Shown here: positions 1-10,953 of the stretch, in pieces
Layout: every line of letters begins with the position of its first letter
Numbering within the stretch: position 1 is the stretch's first letter
Source: an uncultured Gemmatimonadales bacterium
Lineage (GTDB): Bacteria > Gemmatimonadota > Gemmatimonadetes > Gemmatimonadales > Gemmatimonadaceae
Length of the DNA stretch: 64,000 bases
Direction: 5' to 3'
Assembly: GCA_963701965.1 (NCBI GenBank)
Contig: OY969695.1
Location: forward strand, 576,001 to 640,000
The notes under the pieces: generated by a model
What the model was told of the DNA's origin: nothing
Seen by the model: only the letters and a program-made list of their open reading frames with translations
Databases searched by the model: none
Made by a program: the position numbers and the translations under genes

Positions 1-774
1 CTCGAGGAGCGTGTCGGCGCCCAGCATCAAGAGGGCGCGGGCCCGATCGTAGGTCGCGGGTGCGGGGTGACCGGCCACCGAGAAGTGATAGTGCTTTCCC
101 GGGACGCCGGCCACCAGGCCCAGCGAGGCGGGGTCGTCGGCATTGATGACCAACTCGGACCCGGCGCGGGCATTGGCGAAGAGCCGGCGCTTGTCGGCGT
201 AGTAGTCCTCCACGCTCGCGTAGCGGTCGAGATGGTCGGGGCTCAAGTTCGTGAGCACGCCGACCATCGGGTCGATGGACGGCGTGTCGTGCAGTTGAAA
301 GGACGACAGCTCGAGCGCGACCCAGTCCGGCGCCGTCCGGCGGAGCGCTACCTCGGTGAGGGGCAGGCCAATGTTGCCGGCGTCGACCGCGTCGTAACCC
401 ATCGCCCGCAGCAGGTGGCCGACGAGCGCCGTCGTCGTCGTCTTGCCGTTCGTCCCCGTGACGGCGATGTAGCGTTGGCCGGGCATCGCGCGGAGGGCGA
501 TTTCGATCTCGGAGACGATCGGCACGCCCGCGGCGCGGGCGGCCGCCAACGGCGGCGCGTCGGGCGGGATACCCGGGCTCGCGACGACTAAAGTCGCGCG
601 AGCAATGCGCGGCAGGTCGTGCCTGCCGAGATCGACCGCGACGCCGGCCGGTGGAGACCAGACGATCGAACCGTCGGGGTCGGACGCGTACACGGGCCGC
701 CCTTCGCGGGCCAGCAAGGCGGCCGCGGAGCGGCCGCTCTTGGCCAACCCGAGCACCGCGACTTCGCCCGTCAC
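1..774 (-). CDS. murD: UDP-N-acetylmuramoyl-L-alanine--D-glutamate ligase (3' end runs off the window)
   Basis: Hand translation from a GTG overlapping the mraY stop: VAVLGLAKSG, SPGIPPD, AVTGTNGKTTTT, ELSSFQL, NLSPDHLDRY. Position in dcw cluster. Confidence 0.95.
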   Translation of the reverse strand, partial: MTGEVAVLGLAKSGRSAAALLAREGRPVYASDPDGSIVWSPPAGVAVDLGRHDLPRIARATLVVASPGIPPDAPPLAAARAAGVPIVSEIEIALRAMPGQRYIAVTGTNGKTTTTALVGHLLRAMGYDAVDAGNIGLPLTEVALRRTAPDWVALELSSFQLHDTPSIDPMVGVLTNLSPDHLDRYASVEDYYADKRRLFANARAGSELVINADDPASLGLVAGVPGKHYHFSVAGHPAPATYDRARALLMLGADTLLE

Positions 775-1913
775 CGCAGTTTGAGGGTGCTCAGCGCCAG
801 CGTGGCGAACAGGATGCCCACGATCCAGAACCGCACGACGATCTGGGGCTCGGGCCATCCGAGCATCTCGAAGTGATGATGGAGCGGCGCGCGCCGAAAC
901 ACGCGATGGGCCTGCGCGTACTCCAGACCGTGCCGTCGCTTGCGATACTTGAACACGCTGCGCTGCACGATGACGGACAAGCTCTCGGCCACGAAGACGC
1001 CGCCGATGAGCAGCAGCAAGAACTCCGACTTGAGCAGAATGGCGATGGCGCCGAGCGCGCCGCCCAGCGCCAACGAGCCGGTGTCCCCCATGAACACCTC
1101 GGCGGGGTACGCGTTGTACCAGAGGAAGCCGATCGTCGCCCCGAGGATCGCCGTGCAGAAGACCGTCAGCTCGCCCGCGCCACGGAGATAATAGATCTGG
1201 AGATAGGCGCTGGTATCCACGCGGCCGATCACATACGCAAACAACGCGAACGTGAGAGCCGCGATGGCGCTCAAGCCCGCCGCCAGGCCGTCCAAGCCAT
1301 CCGTGAAGTTGACCGCGTTCGACGTGCCGGTCAGCACGAAGGTGACGAATCCGACGTACAGCCACCCCAGCCACGCCGCGGCCGGCACCACGAGCACGTA
1401 CTTGAAGAAGGGCAGCGTCGTCGACGCGCCGGGAAGCGTCGAGATCGGAAATCGCCACAGGTAGAGACCAAGGGCGAGCCCGATCGACACCTGGCCGATC
1501 AGCTTGTACTTCTCGACCAGTCCGGAATTCTTCTCGCCGCGCCGCTTCTGCAGGAGCTTGAGGTAGTCGTCGAGAAATCCAATCATCCCCATCCACATCG
1601 TCACAATCAGCGCCAACACGACGTACCGATTGTCGAGCTTGGCCCACAGCAGAGTCGGGACAATGATCGCGCACAGAATAATGATGCCGCCCATCGTCGG
1701 CGTATTCTTCTTTCCGGCGTGGGTCGCGGGCGTTCCCTCGCGCACGACCTGGTTCACCGACATACGCCGCAGCCGCGCGATGATCGCCGGGCCGACGATG
1801 AACGCGACCACGAGCGACGTGACAAAAGCGCCCGCGGCGCGAAACGTGATGTAGTTGAAGAGGTTGAAGAGCTTGATCGAGCGCGATAGCGGCGCCAGGA
1901 AGTGGAAGAGCAC
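771..1913 (-). CDS. mraY: Phospho-N-acetylmuramoyl-pentapeptide transferase
   Basis: KKNTPTMGG, GFLDDY, NAVNFTDGLDGL, FMGDTGS and APLHHHFE motifs. GTG start overlaps the murF stop. Confidence 0.96.
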   Translation of the reverse strand: MLFHFLAPLSRSIKLFNLFNYITFRAAGAFVTSLVVAFIVGPAIIARLRRMSVNQVVREGTPATHAGKKNTPTMGGIIILCAIIVPTLLWAKLDNRYVVLALIVTMWMGMIGFLDDYLKLLQKRRGEKNSGLVEKYKLIGQVSIGLALGLYLWRFPISTLPGASTTLPFFKYVLVVPAAAWLGWLYVGFVTFVLTGTSNAVNFTDGLDGLAAGLSAIAALTFALFAYVIGRVDTSAYLQIYYLRGAGELTVFCTAILGATIGFLWYNAYPAEVFMGDTGSLALGGALGAIAILLKSEFLLLLIGGVFVAESLSVIVQRSVFKYRKRRHGLEYAQAHRVFRRAPLHHHFEMLGWPEPQIVVRFWIVGILFATLALSTLKLR

Positions 1914-3271
1914 TACGCGGTCGCTCCCGCCCAAGTGGTCAAGTGTGGTATCAGCCGCTCCAGTCGCACGCCCCGCGACGCCTTGATCAGGATCATGGCA
2001 TCCGCCGCCAGCCGCGGCTCCAGCCTCGGCCACAACTCGTCGACATCCGCCGCGGTGACCACGCGCGCGTCGCCCGCGGCGACGGCGGCCAGCGCCGGGG
2101 CAAAGTCGCCGATGCCCGCGACGACATCGAACGGACGGGACACCGCATCTTGGGCAATCATTGTGTGGAGGGAGGGAGCCTCGGGGCCGAGCTCGCGCAT
2201 CGTACCCAGGACGACCACGCGCTGGCGACCGGCACCGACGTGCGCCAAAAGATCGAGCGCCGCGCGCATCGAGGCCGGGTTGGCATTATAGGCGTCATTG
2301 ATCAACGTGGCGCCGCGAGCGCCCAGGGGCGCCCACGCCGACCGCATGGCCGGCGCCGGCGTCGCCGCGAGTCCCGCCCCGGCGCGCTCGGCCGACACCC
2401 CGCACGCCTCGGCGGCGGCCAGGGCGAGCATGGCGTTCCGCAGGTTATGGGCGCCGCGCAACGGGACCGTGACGTCGACACCCCGAATCCGCAGCGCCCC
2501 TTCCCCGGTTTCCGTGATGCGCCAGGTCTCGGGCCGCACATCCCCGGCATCGAGGCCCGCGGACAGGACCCGCCGGGCTTTGGCGCGCGCCAATGCCGCG
2601 AGCTCCGGCTGTTCAGCCGGGATGAGGCCCAAGGGCACGCCGTCGAAGACCGCGCTCTCTTCGGCCAGCACACCCGCCAGATCGCGGAAACCCTCCAAGT
2701 GCTCTTCGCCGATCGACGTCACCAGGGCCACGTCCGGCTCCACAATCGCCCGCAGGAGGGCCACTTCGCCTGGGTAGTTCGTGCCGATCTCGATGACGGC
2801 GACATTGGCGGCGTCGGGCGTCGCCAGGAGCGTCAGCGGCACGCCGATCTGATTGTTCAGGTTTCCGGCGGTCGCGTGGACCTCGAGCGCGGCGCCGAGC
2901 GCCGACCGCAACATCTCTTTCGTCGACGTCTTCCCGTTCGAGCCGGCGACGGCGATGACCGGCTTGCCCCAGGCGCGGCGCCGATACCGGGCCAGGCGCC
3001 CGAGGGCCGCGACCGTGTCCGGGACCTCGTACACCGGCACGCCCAGACCGCGCACCTGGTCCAGTTTCGACACGATGACCGCCGCGCAGCCTCGATCGAC
3101 CGCCGCGCGCAGGAAATCGTGCCCATCGAATTGATCGCCGGTGAGAGCCACGAAGACATCGCGGGGGTTGACCGAACGCGTGTCCGTCGACACGCCGGCC
3201 ACCTCGGCGGAACCGCGCGGTCCCGTCCCCAGCGCCTGGGCGATCCGATCCAACGACCAGAAGGTATTCAA
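1913..3271 (-). CDS. murF: UDP-N-acetylmuramoyl-tripeptide--D-alanyl-D-alanine ligase
   Basis: GSNGKTSTKEM, GNLNNQIGVPLT, DAYNANP, KASRG. Confidence 0.95.
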   Translation of the reverse strand: MNTFWSLDRIAQALGTGPRGSAEVAGVSTDTRSVNPRDVFVALTGDQFDGHDFLRAAVDRGCAAVIVSKLDQVRGLGVPVYEVPDTVAALGRLARYRRRAWGKPVIAVAGSNGKTSTKEMLRSALGAALEVHATAGNLNNQIGVPLTLLATPDAANVAVIEIGTNYPGEVALLRAIVEPDVALVTSIGEEHLEGFRDLAGVLAEESAVFDGVPLGLIPAEQPELAALARAKARRVLSAGLDAGDVRPETWRITETGEGALRIRGVDVTVPLRGAHNLRNAMLALAAAEACGVSAERAGAGLAATPAPAMRSAWAPLGARGATLINDAYNANPASMRAALDLLAHVGAGRQRVVVLGTMRELGPEAPSLHTMIAQDAVSRPFDVVAGIGDFAPALAAVAAGDARVVTAADVDELWPRLEPRLAADAMILIKASRGVRLERLIPHLTTWAGATA

Positions 3272-4725
3272 CGAAGGATGCCCCGCACGATGGCGCGCTC
3301 GTCGAACGGATAGGCCGTCGTCCCGCGCACTTGATACGTCTCGTGCCCCTTGCCCGCCAGGACGATGACGTCGTCCGGGGCGGCCAACGCGATCGCCCGC
3401 GCGATCGCGCGCTCCCGATCCTCGATCCGCTCGTGCGGCCGCGACATGCCGGCCTCGATCTCATCGAGGATGCGCTCCGGATCCTCGGTCCGCGGGTTGT
3501 CGCTGGTGAGAATGACGGCATCGGCCAAGCGCTCGCTCACGGCGCCCATGGCCGGTCGCTTCCCCCGGTCCCGATCGCCACCGGCGCCGACGACGATGAT
3601 CAACCGCCCGTGCGTAAACGGCCGCACGGCCTCGAGCGCGCGGACAATCGCATCGGGGGTGTGCGCGTAGTCGCGCAACACGGTCGGGCGCTCGTGCAGG
3701 ATTTCCAGGCGGCCCGGGATCTGCGGAACGGTCTGGAGTCGTTCGGCAATGACGTCTGGGGGCCAGCCGAGCGCCCATGCGGCGCCCGCGGCGCCGAGGG
3801 CGTTCTCTACGTTGAATGCACCGATGAGTGGCAACGCGACGTCGAATTGCGCCGAGCCCAAGATCAGATCCCACGCGCTGCCGCGCGGCGCGAAGCGCAC
3901 GCGGGTGGCGCGCACGTCGGCGGCGCCGCCTGCGGCCGAGAACGTGATCGTGCGGGGCGCCGGCGGCAGATGCGCCCAGGCCCTGTCGTCGGCGTTGACG
4001 ATGGCCGCGCCGTCGCGGGTCAGATAGGAGACGAGACGCGCCTTGGCCGCGAAATACGCGTCCATGGTGCCGTGGTAGTCGAGATGGTCCTGCGTCAGGT
4101 TCGTGAACAGGGCGGCGTCGAATGGCATCCCGTCGATGCGGTGCTGATCGAGACTGTGCGATGAGGCCTCCATCGCCAGTGTGCGCACGCCGCGGTCGAC
4201 CAGCTCCCGCAACAACTGCTGGAGCGCGATCGGTCCGGGCGTGGTGAGCCCCGTTTCCCCGATCGATTCCCCGTCGCCTGCACCGAGAAACACGCCGACA
4301 GTGCCGAGCGACGCGCTCCGCGCCTGCGGCTCGTCCAGCAGATGGCGCAGGAGGGCCACCGACGTACTCTTGCCGTTTGTTCCTGTCACGCCGACGGCCC
4401 GGAGCGCGCGCGCCGGAAACCCGTACGCCGCGGCCGCCGCCGCCGCGGCGGCCGGGCGCGTGTCGCGCACGACGAACGCCGGCAGCGACGTGCGCGCCGG
4501 ATCATCGACGATCGCGCCTGTCGCCCCGGCGCGCTCGGCGGTCGCCAAATAGTCGTGGCCATCGCGCGCCGAGCCGCGGACGGCCACGAACAGCGCGCCC
4601 GTCTCCACCGCCCGACTGTCATCGGTCACCATGCGGAACTCGGCCGGCAACGCCGGCGATTCCGTCACCAGCACGCCCGCATCGGCGAGCGCGCGGGCCA
4701 CGGCGCGGCGCGCCACCGGCGTCAC
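3268..4725 (-). CDS. murE: UDP-N-acetylmuramoyl-dipeptide--diaminopimelate ligase
   Basis: GTNGKST, MEASSH, NLTQDHLDYH, DYAHTPD, DNPR (DAP specificity), GKGHETYQ. GTG start overlaps the ftsI TGA. Confidence 0.93.
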   Translation of the reverse strand: MTPVARRAVARALADAGVLVTESPALPAEFRMVTDDSRAVETGALFVAVRGSARDGHDYLATAERAGATGAIVDDPARTSLPAFVVRDTRPAAAAAAAAAYGFPARALRAVGVTGTNGKSTSVALLRHLLDEPQARSASLGTVGVFLGAGDGESIGETGLTTPGPIALQQLLRELVDRGVRTLAMEASSHSLDQHRIDGMPFDAALFTNLTQDHLDYHGTMDAYFAAKARLVSYLTRDGAAIVNADDRAWAHLPPAPRTITFSAAGGAADVRATRVRFAPRGSAWDLILGSAQFDVALPLIGAFNVENALGAAGAAWALGWPPDVIAERLQTVPQIPGRLEILHERPTVLRDYAHTPDAIVRALEAVRPFTHGRLIIVVGAGGDRDRGKRPAMGAVSERLADAVILTSDNPRTEDPERILDEIEAGMSRPHERIEDRERAIARAIALAAPDDVIVLAGKGHETYQVRGTTAYPFDERAIVRGILR

Positions 4726-6663
4726 GGCGCGCCCTCGCCGAGTCGAACCAGCGATCCGCCCGGCACCACCGTGTGCGCGGCGGGCATCGTCGTCCCGCCC
4801 GGCGCCTCGATGAGCGCCACCTCGAATCCCGCCCGATGCAGCGTCCGCACGGCCGCGCGCAGGCTGAGACCGTGCACATCCGGCACGGGCCGCGGCGCCG
4901 CCGCCCGCGCCGGCGGCGCGGGTGCCAACGGCAGCGCCACCGTGATCGCGCTCGGCGCCGACGTGTCGGCGATCACCTCGGCGGCGGCGAGCGTCGTCTC
5001 GCGCGCCGCCAGCACCGAGCGGTCGAGCGCCGCATCGCGGGCCGCGATCGCTGCCTCCAATACCATTCTTGGAGAGCGGGGCCGCCGTCTTGGCCGCAAA
5101 ATATTCCTCGCCGCGCGCCGGCGGATCGTTGATTTTCACCAGGATAACGTACTGCGGATCGTGCGCCGGGAAGAGTCCGACGAACGTCGCCGTGTATGCG
5201 TGCGGGACGTAGCCCCGGCCGGGCGCCGTGCGCCGCGCCGTGCCGGTCTTGCCTGCCACCGCGAAGGTCGACAAATCCGCCGCGGCGCCGGTGCCGTGGG
5301 CGACCGTCTCGCTCAACATGTCGCGTACCGTGGCGGATACCCCCGATGGCATGACGCGGCGCACCACCCGGCGCGTGTGCCGGTAGACGACCGTCCCGTC
5401 GGCGCGCCGGATCTCGCGGATGAGCCCGGGCTCCAGCAACTCGCCGCCGTTGGCGATCGCGGCATAGGCCAACGCCAGCTGCAACGGCGTGACCGCGACC
5501 TCGTATCCGATCGCCAGCGACGCCGGCGACTGCTTGGACCAATCGACGGGTGGGCGCAGGGTGCCTGGCGACTCGGACGGATAGGGCGTCCCCGTCGGCA
5601 TCCCGAACCCAATGTCGCGCAACGCCTGATACTCCTGGGCCGGCGTCAAGCGCTCGGCGAATTGCGCGATGCCGATGTTGCTCGACAACCGGATGACCTC
5701 CTGCAGGGTCATCCGGGCCGCCTTGTGCTCGTCGGTGAGGCGGCGCCCATTCAACTCGAACGAGCCGTTGTGCGTGTCGATCGTATCGGTCGGTCGGGCT
5801 TTGCCCAGAGCGAGGAGCGCCGCCGCGATGAACGGTTTGATCGTCGACCCCGGCTCGAACGGCTCGGTGAGCGCCGTGGGCACCGCGAGGCGCGGGTCGG
5901 CGCGGCGCGTGGCCATGGCCAGCACGGCGCCGTCGTGGGGATCGACGACGACGATGTCGCCGCCGCTGGCCCCTTGGCCTGTCACCGCTTCGGCGAGGGC
6001 GCGCTCGCAGATTTCCTGCAAGGCGTGATTGATGGTGAGCACGACGGTGTTCCCGTCGCGCGCCGGCGTCGCCGAGTCGCCCGGGGCCGCGAACTGCGTG
6101 CCGCGCGCATCGCGCGTGAGGGTCTCGCGCCCCGCGTCGCCGCGCAGGACCGTATCCAATGCCTCCTCGAGGCCATCGGGCGGGACGCCGTTGCTGCCGA
6201 TGCGTCCGATCAGCGGTTGCAGACCGGCCGACACGTTCGGCTCGCGATCGATGAGCGGCTCCGGGTGCACCCCCGGGGTAGCGAGGATCGCCGCGACGTC
6301 GCTGGGCACGTAGTGCCCCGGGAGCTCCACCCACTTCTCGGCCGTGTCCGTCGCCCGGCGCACCCACGGCGCCGGAACTCCGGCGCGCGCCAGCGCCGCG
6401 CCGAGCGCGCGCCGGTCCTTGACCTCGCGCGGGGCGACGCGGATTTGGACGACACGGCGGCTCTCCACGAGCACGGCTCCGGTCGCATCGAGGATCGGGC
6501 CTCGGGGCACCAGCTCCGGCGTGCGCGCCAGATGCTGGCGTTCGGCTTTCGCCGCCCACGCCCGTCCTTCCCACAGCTGCACTTGTGCCGCCTTCGCGAT
6601 GAGGGCCACGACGAACGCGACCAGGGACGCGTGGATGATCGCGACGCGGCTAATGCGGCGCAT
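4722..6663 (-). CDS. ftsI: Penicillin-binding protein FtsI/PBP3 with C-terminal PASTA-like domain; +1 frameshift at about 5067 (probable sequencing error)
   Basis: N-terminal TM helix, PGSTIK (SxxK), SSN, KTGT. C-terminus continues in ORF 4722..5099 (VPDVHGLSLRAA). Confidence 0.9.
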
Positions 6664-6943
6664 GGCTCAACACGATGACCTGGCTGTCGTCGGGCACCCG
6701 CATGTGCAACCGCTGCTCGGCGATGGCGCCGAGGCGTTCGCGGTCCGACATCATCCGAATGTCGCTCTCCAGTTTCGTCGCTTGTCCGTCCAACGTGGCG
6801 CGCTCGACCTGCAGCCGGCGCACTTCGGCGGCCTCACGGAGACCGATCGTGCGGCGCCAGATGACCGCCAATGCGATGACGACGAAACCCACGAGGATGA
6901 GGGCGACGCGCGTCCGCCCGCGCGCGGGCTTTCGAGCCGCCAC
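6650..6943 (-). CDS. ftsL: Cell division protein FtsL-like
   Basis: Single TM followed by a coiled coil, between rsmH and ftsI. Confidence 0.75.
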   Translation of the reverse strand: MAARKPARGRTRVALILVGFVVIALAVIWRRTIGLREAAEVRRLQVERATLDGQATKLESDIRMMSDRERLGAIAEQRLHMRVPDDSQVIVLSHAPH

Positions 6944-7888
6944 CTAGGCCGCCCTCCACACGCGCAGCCGGGCGCTCCGCGCGCGCCCATTGCGCGCGAT
7001 CTCGGTCTCCGTGGCGACCGCGGCTTTGCGGGTCACCAGGGTGCCGAGGGCGCGGGCACCGCACGTGCAGCGCGGCGCCAGCGGAGGGCAGGTGCAGGCG
7101 CGCGAAGCGGAGCTCCAGTCGCGAAAGGCATTCTTCACGATGCGGTCCTCGCCCGAATGGTAGGCGATGACGGCGAATCGTCCACCGCTCAGGAGCCGGT
7201 CCCTGAGCCGCACCAGGCCTTCGGCCAACCGCTCCAGCTCGTCGTTCACCGCGATCCGGACCGCCTGGAACAACCGGGCGAAGTCGCCCGGTCCACTGCG
7301 CGGTCCGAGGACCTCGCGAATGGCGCCCACGAGATCGTCGCTGGTCTCGAAGGGCCGCGTCTGGCGGCGCCGGACGATCGTGCGGGCCAGCCGCGCGCCG
7401 CGTGGCTCATCGCCGTACGATCGGAAGATCGTCGTCAGGGTCGGCTCGTCGCTCTCATTGAGGATCGCCCGCGCATCGGTCTCCACGTCCCGCATGCGCA
7501 TGTCGAGGGGGACGCCCGGCCGAAACGAGAAGCCCCGCGCCGGGTCGTCGATCTGGTGGGACGAGATGCCGAGATCGAGCACGACGCCATCATAGCGCAC
7601 CCCAGCCAGAACGGGGACGCTATCGATCTCGGCAAAGTTGGTCTCGAAGGCGCGAAACCGGCCGTCGGCTTCCGCGGCTGCCAGACGGCGCCGCGCCGCG
7701 GCGAGCGCTTCGGGGTCTTGATCGAGTCCGTCGACGATGGCCCCGGCATCGATCAGGGCGGCGGCGTGACCGCCGCCGCCCAGGGTCCCATCGAGCACGC
7801 GCGTGGCCCCGCGCAGGTGGTCAACGACGGCGTCGACCATGACCGGGGCGTGGTAGGGAGAATCCCACCGCGCCCCTGCGTCAGTCAT
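6944..7888 (-). CDS. rsmH: 16S rRNA m4C1402 methyltransferase
   Basis: HAPVM, DGTLGGGGH, DLGISSHQID, RGFSF, PLDMRM, FQAVRIAVN, YHSGED. Confidence 0.97.
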   Translation of the reverse strand: MTDAGARWDSPYHAPVMVDAVVDHLRGATRVLDGTLGGGGHAAALIDAGAIVDGLDQDPEALAAARRRLAAAEADGRFRAFETNFAEIDSVPVLAGVRYDGVVLDLGISSHQIDDPARGFSFRPGVPLDMRMRDVETDARAILNESDEPTLTTIFRSYGDEPRGARLARTIVRRRQTRPFETSDDLVGAIREVLGPRSGPGDFARLFQAVRIAVNDELERLAEGLVRLRDRLLSGGRFAVIAYHSGEDRIVKNAFRDWSSASRACTCPPLAPRCTCGARALGTLVTRKAAVATETEIARNGRARSARLRVWRAA

Positions 7889-7892
7889 ACGG

Positions 7893-9598
7893 TCACTTAC
7901 AGAAGGCTTTGGTCGCTTTCTGAACGAACGGATTCATCTGCTGCTGGAGAATCGTTAGCAGCTGCTTGGCCGGCTCCGGATACACCGGCAGGCCGGCGGG
8001 CAGGTTCGTTTGTGCTACCGTGAAGTAGTCCGAGGCCTGCTTGATCTGCGGGCAGCTCTTCTGCTTGCCCGCGTCCTGCGCGACGAGGTAGCCCGCGGTA
8101 AACGCCGAGGCGCCCATGAGGAACTTGGCCTGTGGCGTGGCATCGAGCGAATCCGAGTAGGACAGGAACCGGATGGCGAGATCGAGCGTGTCCTTGTTCT
8201 TGTTGTCGCCGTTCCCGCTCTTGTAGTACTTGTTGCCTTGACTGAGCGCAACTTTGGCGAGATCGGCGGGAGGGGCGCCCGCGCCGGCCGCGACGTGAAT
8301 GGCCGCCAGTGTGCTATCCGGCTGTCCGGACGTGGCGTACAGATTCACCAGAATCAGCGCGGCATCTCGATGATTTCGGGTTCTTGGCCATGATTGCCTG
8401 CAGCGCCGCTTTGGCCTCGGGGATCTTGCCCGCCTTCACGAGCTCCTGCGCCTGAAGCGTGGCCAACGACATGTTGTTGGGGAACTTCTGCACGCCCTTG
8501 GTTATCGTCTCGAGGGCCCTTTGCGCCTGGCTGTCCGACTCATACGCGAACGTCTGGCGCTGGAAGAAGAGCGTATCCGCAAACGCCGTGTCTTCCTTGG
8601 TGACTTCCTCACCGATCGGCAACGCCTGCTTGAAGTGCTTCGTCACGATGTCGAGGCGATACTGCAGCTCGAGGAGCTTGGGGTCACCCTGGTTCGCCTT
8701 GACGACCGTATCCATGATCGGCAGCGCCGCCTCGGCGCGGCCGCTCTGCACGATACGGGTGACGATATTCTCGACCTGATCGGAGTTCGACGGATCGGCG
8801 GCGATCAGTTCCGTCCACGTCTTCACGGCGTTGTCGAAGTCCTTCTTGTCATAGTATGCCTGGCCGGCGAGCTCCAACGAGCGCTTGTTGTGCGGGTCGA
8901 GGGCCAGGATCTCCTTCGTCGCCGACAGGATCGAATCCGGAGGGAGTTTCTGGGAGGCGTAGACGTTGGCGATGCAGAGGCGGGCCAGCGTCGACTGCGG
9001 ATACGCGACGATGGCTTGGCGCGCCGCGGCGATCGCATCCGGGTATTTCTGCTGGCCGGCATTCTGGTAGCACTTGGCTTCGCCAGGGACCTGCTTCAGC
9101 GCGGCTTCGACCGACTTGGAGACGAACTTGGCCGCGGCGCCGGGATCCTTGCCTTCCGCGGGCGGCAGCGGTTGGGCGAACACTTCGCCGCGGGCGAGGA
9201 CCAGTCTCGGATTGAGACGGACGCCGGTCGGAGTCTTGGTGGCAATGCCGTCGACGTAGAAGTCGGCGCGCAGTTGGCTGGACAGCTGCTTGGCATCCGA
9301 CGCGGTAATCGGCAGACACGGGTCGAAGCCCGAGGCCTTGAGCGTCTCCTCGATGTTGGTCTGCGAGAATGATCCAGAGCTTGCGCGAATCGAGGTCATC
9401 GTCGATGCGGCTCCGGACCTCCTGGGCGGCCTTGCAGCCGAGGGCCTTGTCGGGGGATGTGAACGCGGGGACGACGAGGAGTTTTTGGGCATCCGCGTCG
9501 TGCGGACGCGGCGCAGTTTGCGCGCCGACGACTCCGGCGCCCACCCCGACCGCGAACAATGCGAACGCGGCGCCAATGCCGAGGCGAGAACTTACCAT
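7893..9598 (-). CDS. Secreted TPR-repeat protein with a possible TolB-N/CsgG-like N-terminal domain; two +1 frameshifts (about 9368 and 8373)
   Basis: GGAGG SD, then signal peptide MVSSRLGIGAAFALFAVGVGAGVVGAQ. TPR-like helices across three consecutive frames (ORFs 8849..9877, 8314..9576, 7893..8348). Confidence 0.75.
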
Positions 9599-9647
9599 CA
9601 CGTGACCAACCTCCGAGATATGTACCTGCCGAAACATACGTTTACCA

Positions 9648-9721
9648 TGGGCGAAGAGGGACTCGAACCCCCGACATCCTGCGTGTAAGGCAGGCGCTCT
9701 AACCAACTGAGCTATTCGCCC
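9648..9721 (-). tRNA. tRNA-Val(TAC), CCA not encoded
   Basis: GGGCGAATAGCTCAGTTGGTTAGAGCGCCTGCC-TTACAC-GCAGGATGTCGGGGGTTCGAGTCCCTCTTCGCCCA folds as a cloverleaf with anticodon TAC. Confidence 0.97.
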
Positions 9722-9747
9722 TGGCGAGGAACAGAGGGGTGTCCGGG

Positions 9748-9927
9748 CTACTGAAAGATTGCGATCGGAACGAGCACGCAATAGCCGATCACGAGGAGAA
9801 TTGGAGCAATCGTCTCTCCTCCCCGCGCCAGATCGGCGAACCCCACGATGATCACGACGAGTGCGAGCGCCCACCAAAGGGCGCGACGACGCATCGGCGT
9901 CAGTGTATCGGTCGCGTTCGAGGCCAT
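9748..9927 (-). CDS. Small two-TM membrane protein
   Basis: Two hydrophobic segments (LWWALALVVIIVGF, IAPILLVIGYCVLVPIAIF). TAGTCT lies 7 nt before the ATG. Confidence 0.6.
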   Translation of the reverse strand: MASNATDTLTPMRRRALWWALALVVIIVGFADLARGGETIAPILLVIGYCVLVPIAIFQ

Positions 9928-9966
9928 TAACGAAAGACTAGATCGAGTAGAAAACAGTGTCAAGAA

Positions 9967-10953
9967 CTATAGAGATCGTGGAGGCACTGGCGGGATCGTC
10001 GCCAACAGTGCGTCGATGGCCGCCTGGCGCGCTTGAGACTCGCTGGCTTCCTCCGCCGCGCGCAACGCGGCCAGACGTTCCCGGTCGCGGCGCCGCCGGG
10101 CGATGTACAAGGGCGTCAGCAGTATCAACATCAACAGGGTGACGGCGCTGAGATCGGTCACGAGCGCCAGGGCGCCGTAGCGATGGCGGATGCGCGTGCG
10201 CCAATCCCGCTCGAATGTTTCCAAGGGCTCGCCATAGGCGCGGCGCATGGCCCGGTCGAGCGAGCCGGTCGTGCGCCAGTCGGCGAGAAAAAACGCGAGA
10301 CCGTGGGCGGGGTCGGCCGCCGCGAGATCGGCGACCGCGCGATAGGCGAGCGCATAGCTGGCGTCCGCTTCCATCGCCGTGCCGGTCAGGCCGCTGTCGA
10401 CCGCGGCCAGGGACGGGGTGCCGCGCAGTGCCAGCGCGACGTTCGCCGCCAGCGCGTCGTCCCGTCCCAATTCGCCGGACGCATACGAGGCGTAGCCTTC
10501 ATCGAACCACCGCGGCACGGTCGCCGCGGTGTTCTCGCCGAAAAACTCGTGCAGCGCGAGATGCGCCAGCTCATGGCGCAGGGTGATCGACGGACTCCCC
10601 GCGGTCGACGGCGCCGACCGTCCCTGCAACACGATGCGATGCGTCTCCGGGAATGCCAGCGCCGCGCCCCACTCCGGCGCCGCCGGTCCCGCCCACTCGC
10701 GAAAACGCGCGCGATCGGGCGCGATCGCGATCACCACGTGCTCGCGCGGGAGCGGCAAGCCGGGAAAACTGTCGCGCCGCGCGGCCTCGGCGATGAGACG
10801 GTGCGCGAGGATGGTGTCGGCGCCGTAAGCGATCGCGGTGAAACGGCCCGCGTCGACGCGCACGGCGCGTCCGTCCTCCGCGGGCGCCGGAGCGACCGGG
10901 ACGGGTTGTTGCGCGGGCGATGGACTTTGTGAAGCGAGACCGAGCGCTACGAC
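9967..10953 (-). CDS. Peptidase MA-like (gluzincin) zinc metalloprotease with C-terminal TM anchor; start uncertain
   Basis: HELAH followed by PRWFDEGYA, C-terminal hydrophobic helix then RRRR. No clean in-frame start; a GTG at 10972 is in another frame. Confidence 0.7.
   Translation of the reverse strand, partial: VVALGLASQSPSPAQQPVPVAPAPAEDGRAVRVDAGRFTAIAYGADTILAHRLIAEAARRDSFPGLPLPREHVVIAIAPDRARFREWAGPAAPEWGAALAFPETHRIVLQGRSAPSTAGSPSITLRHELAHLALHEFFGENTAATVPRWFDEGYASYASGELGRDDALAANVALALRGTPSLAAVDSGLTGTAMEADASYALAYRAVADLAAADPAHGLAFFLADWRTTGSLDRAMRRAYGEPLETFERDWRTRIRHRYGALALVTDLSAVTLLMLILLTPLYIARRRRDRERLAALRAAEEASESQARQAAIDALLATIPPVPPRSL

Noticed and set aside
3268..6663. Apparent 1131-aa FtsI-MurE fusion ORF
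   Set aside because: Caused by a +1 frameshift at about 5067. The FtsI C-terminus is in the adjacent frame, and murE has its own GTG overlapping the ftsI stop.
9648..9721. tRNA-anchored genomic island carrying the che cluster
   Set aside because: No integrase, no duplicated tRNA 3' end noticed, no visible composition shift, and the cluster lies on the 5' side of the tRNA.
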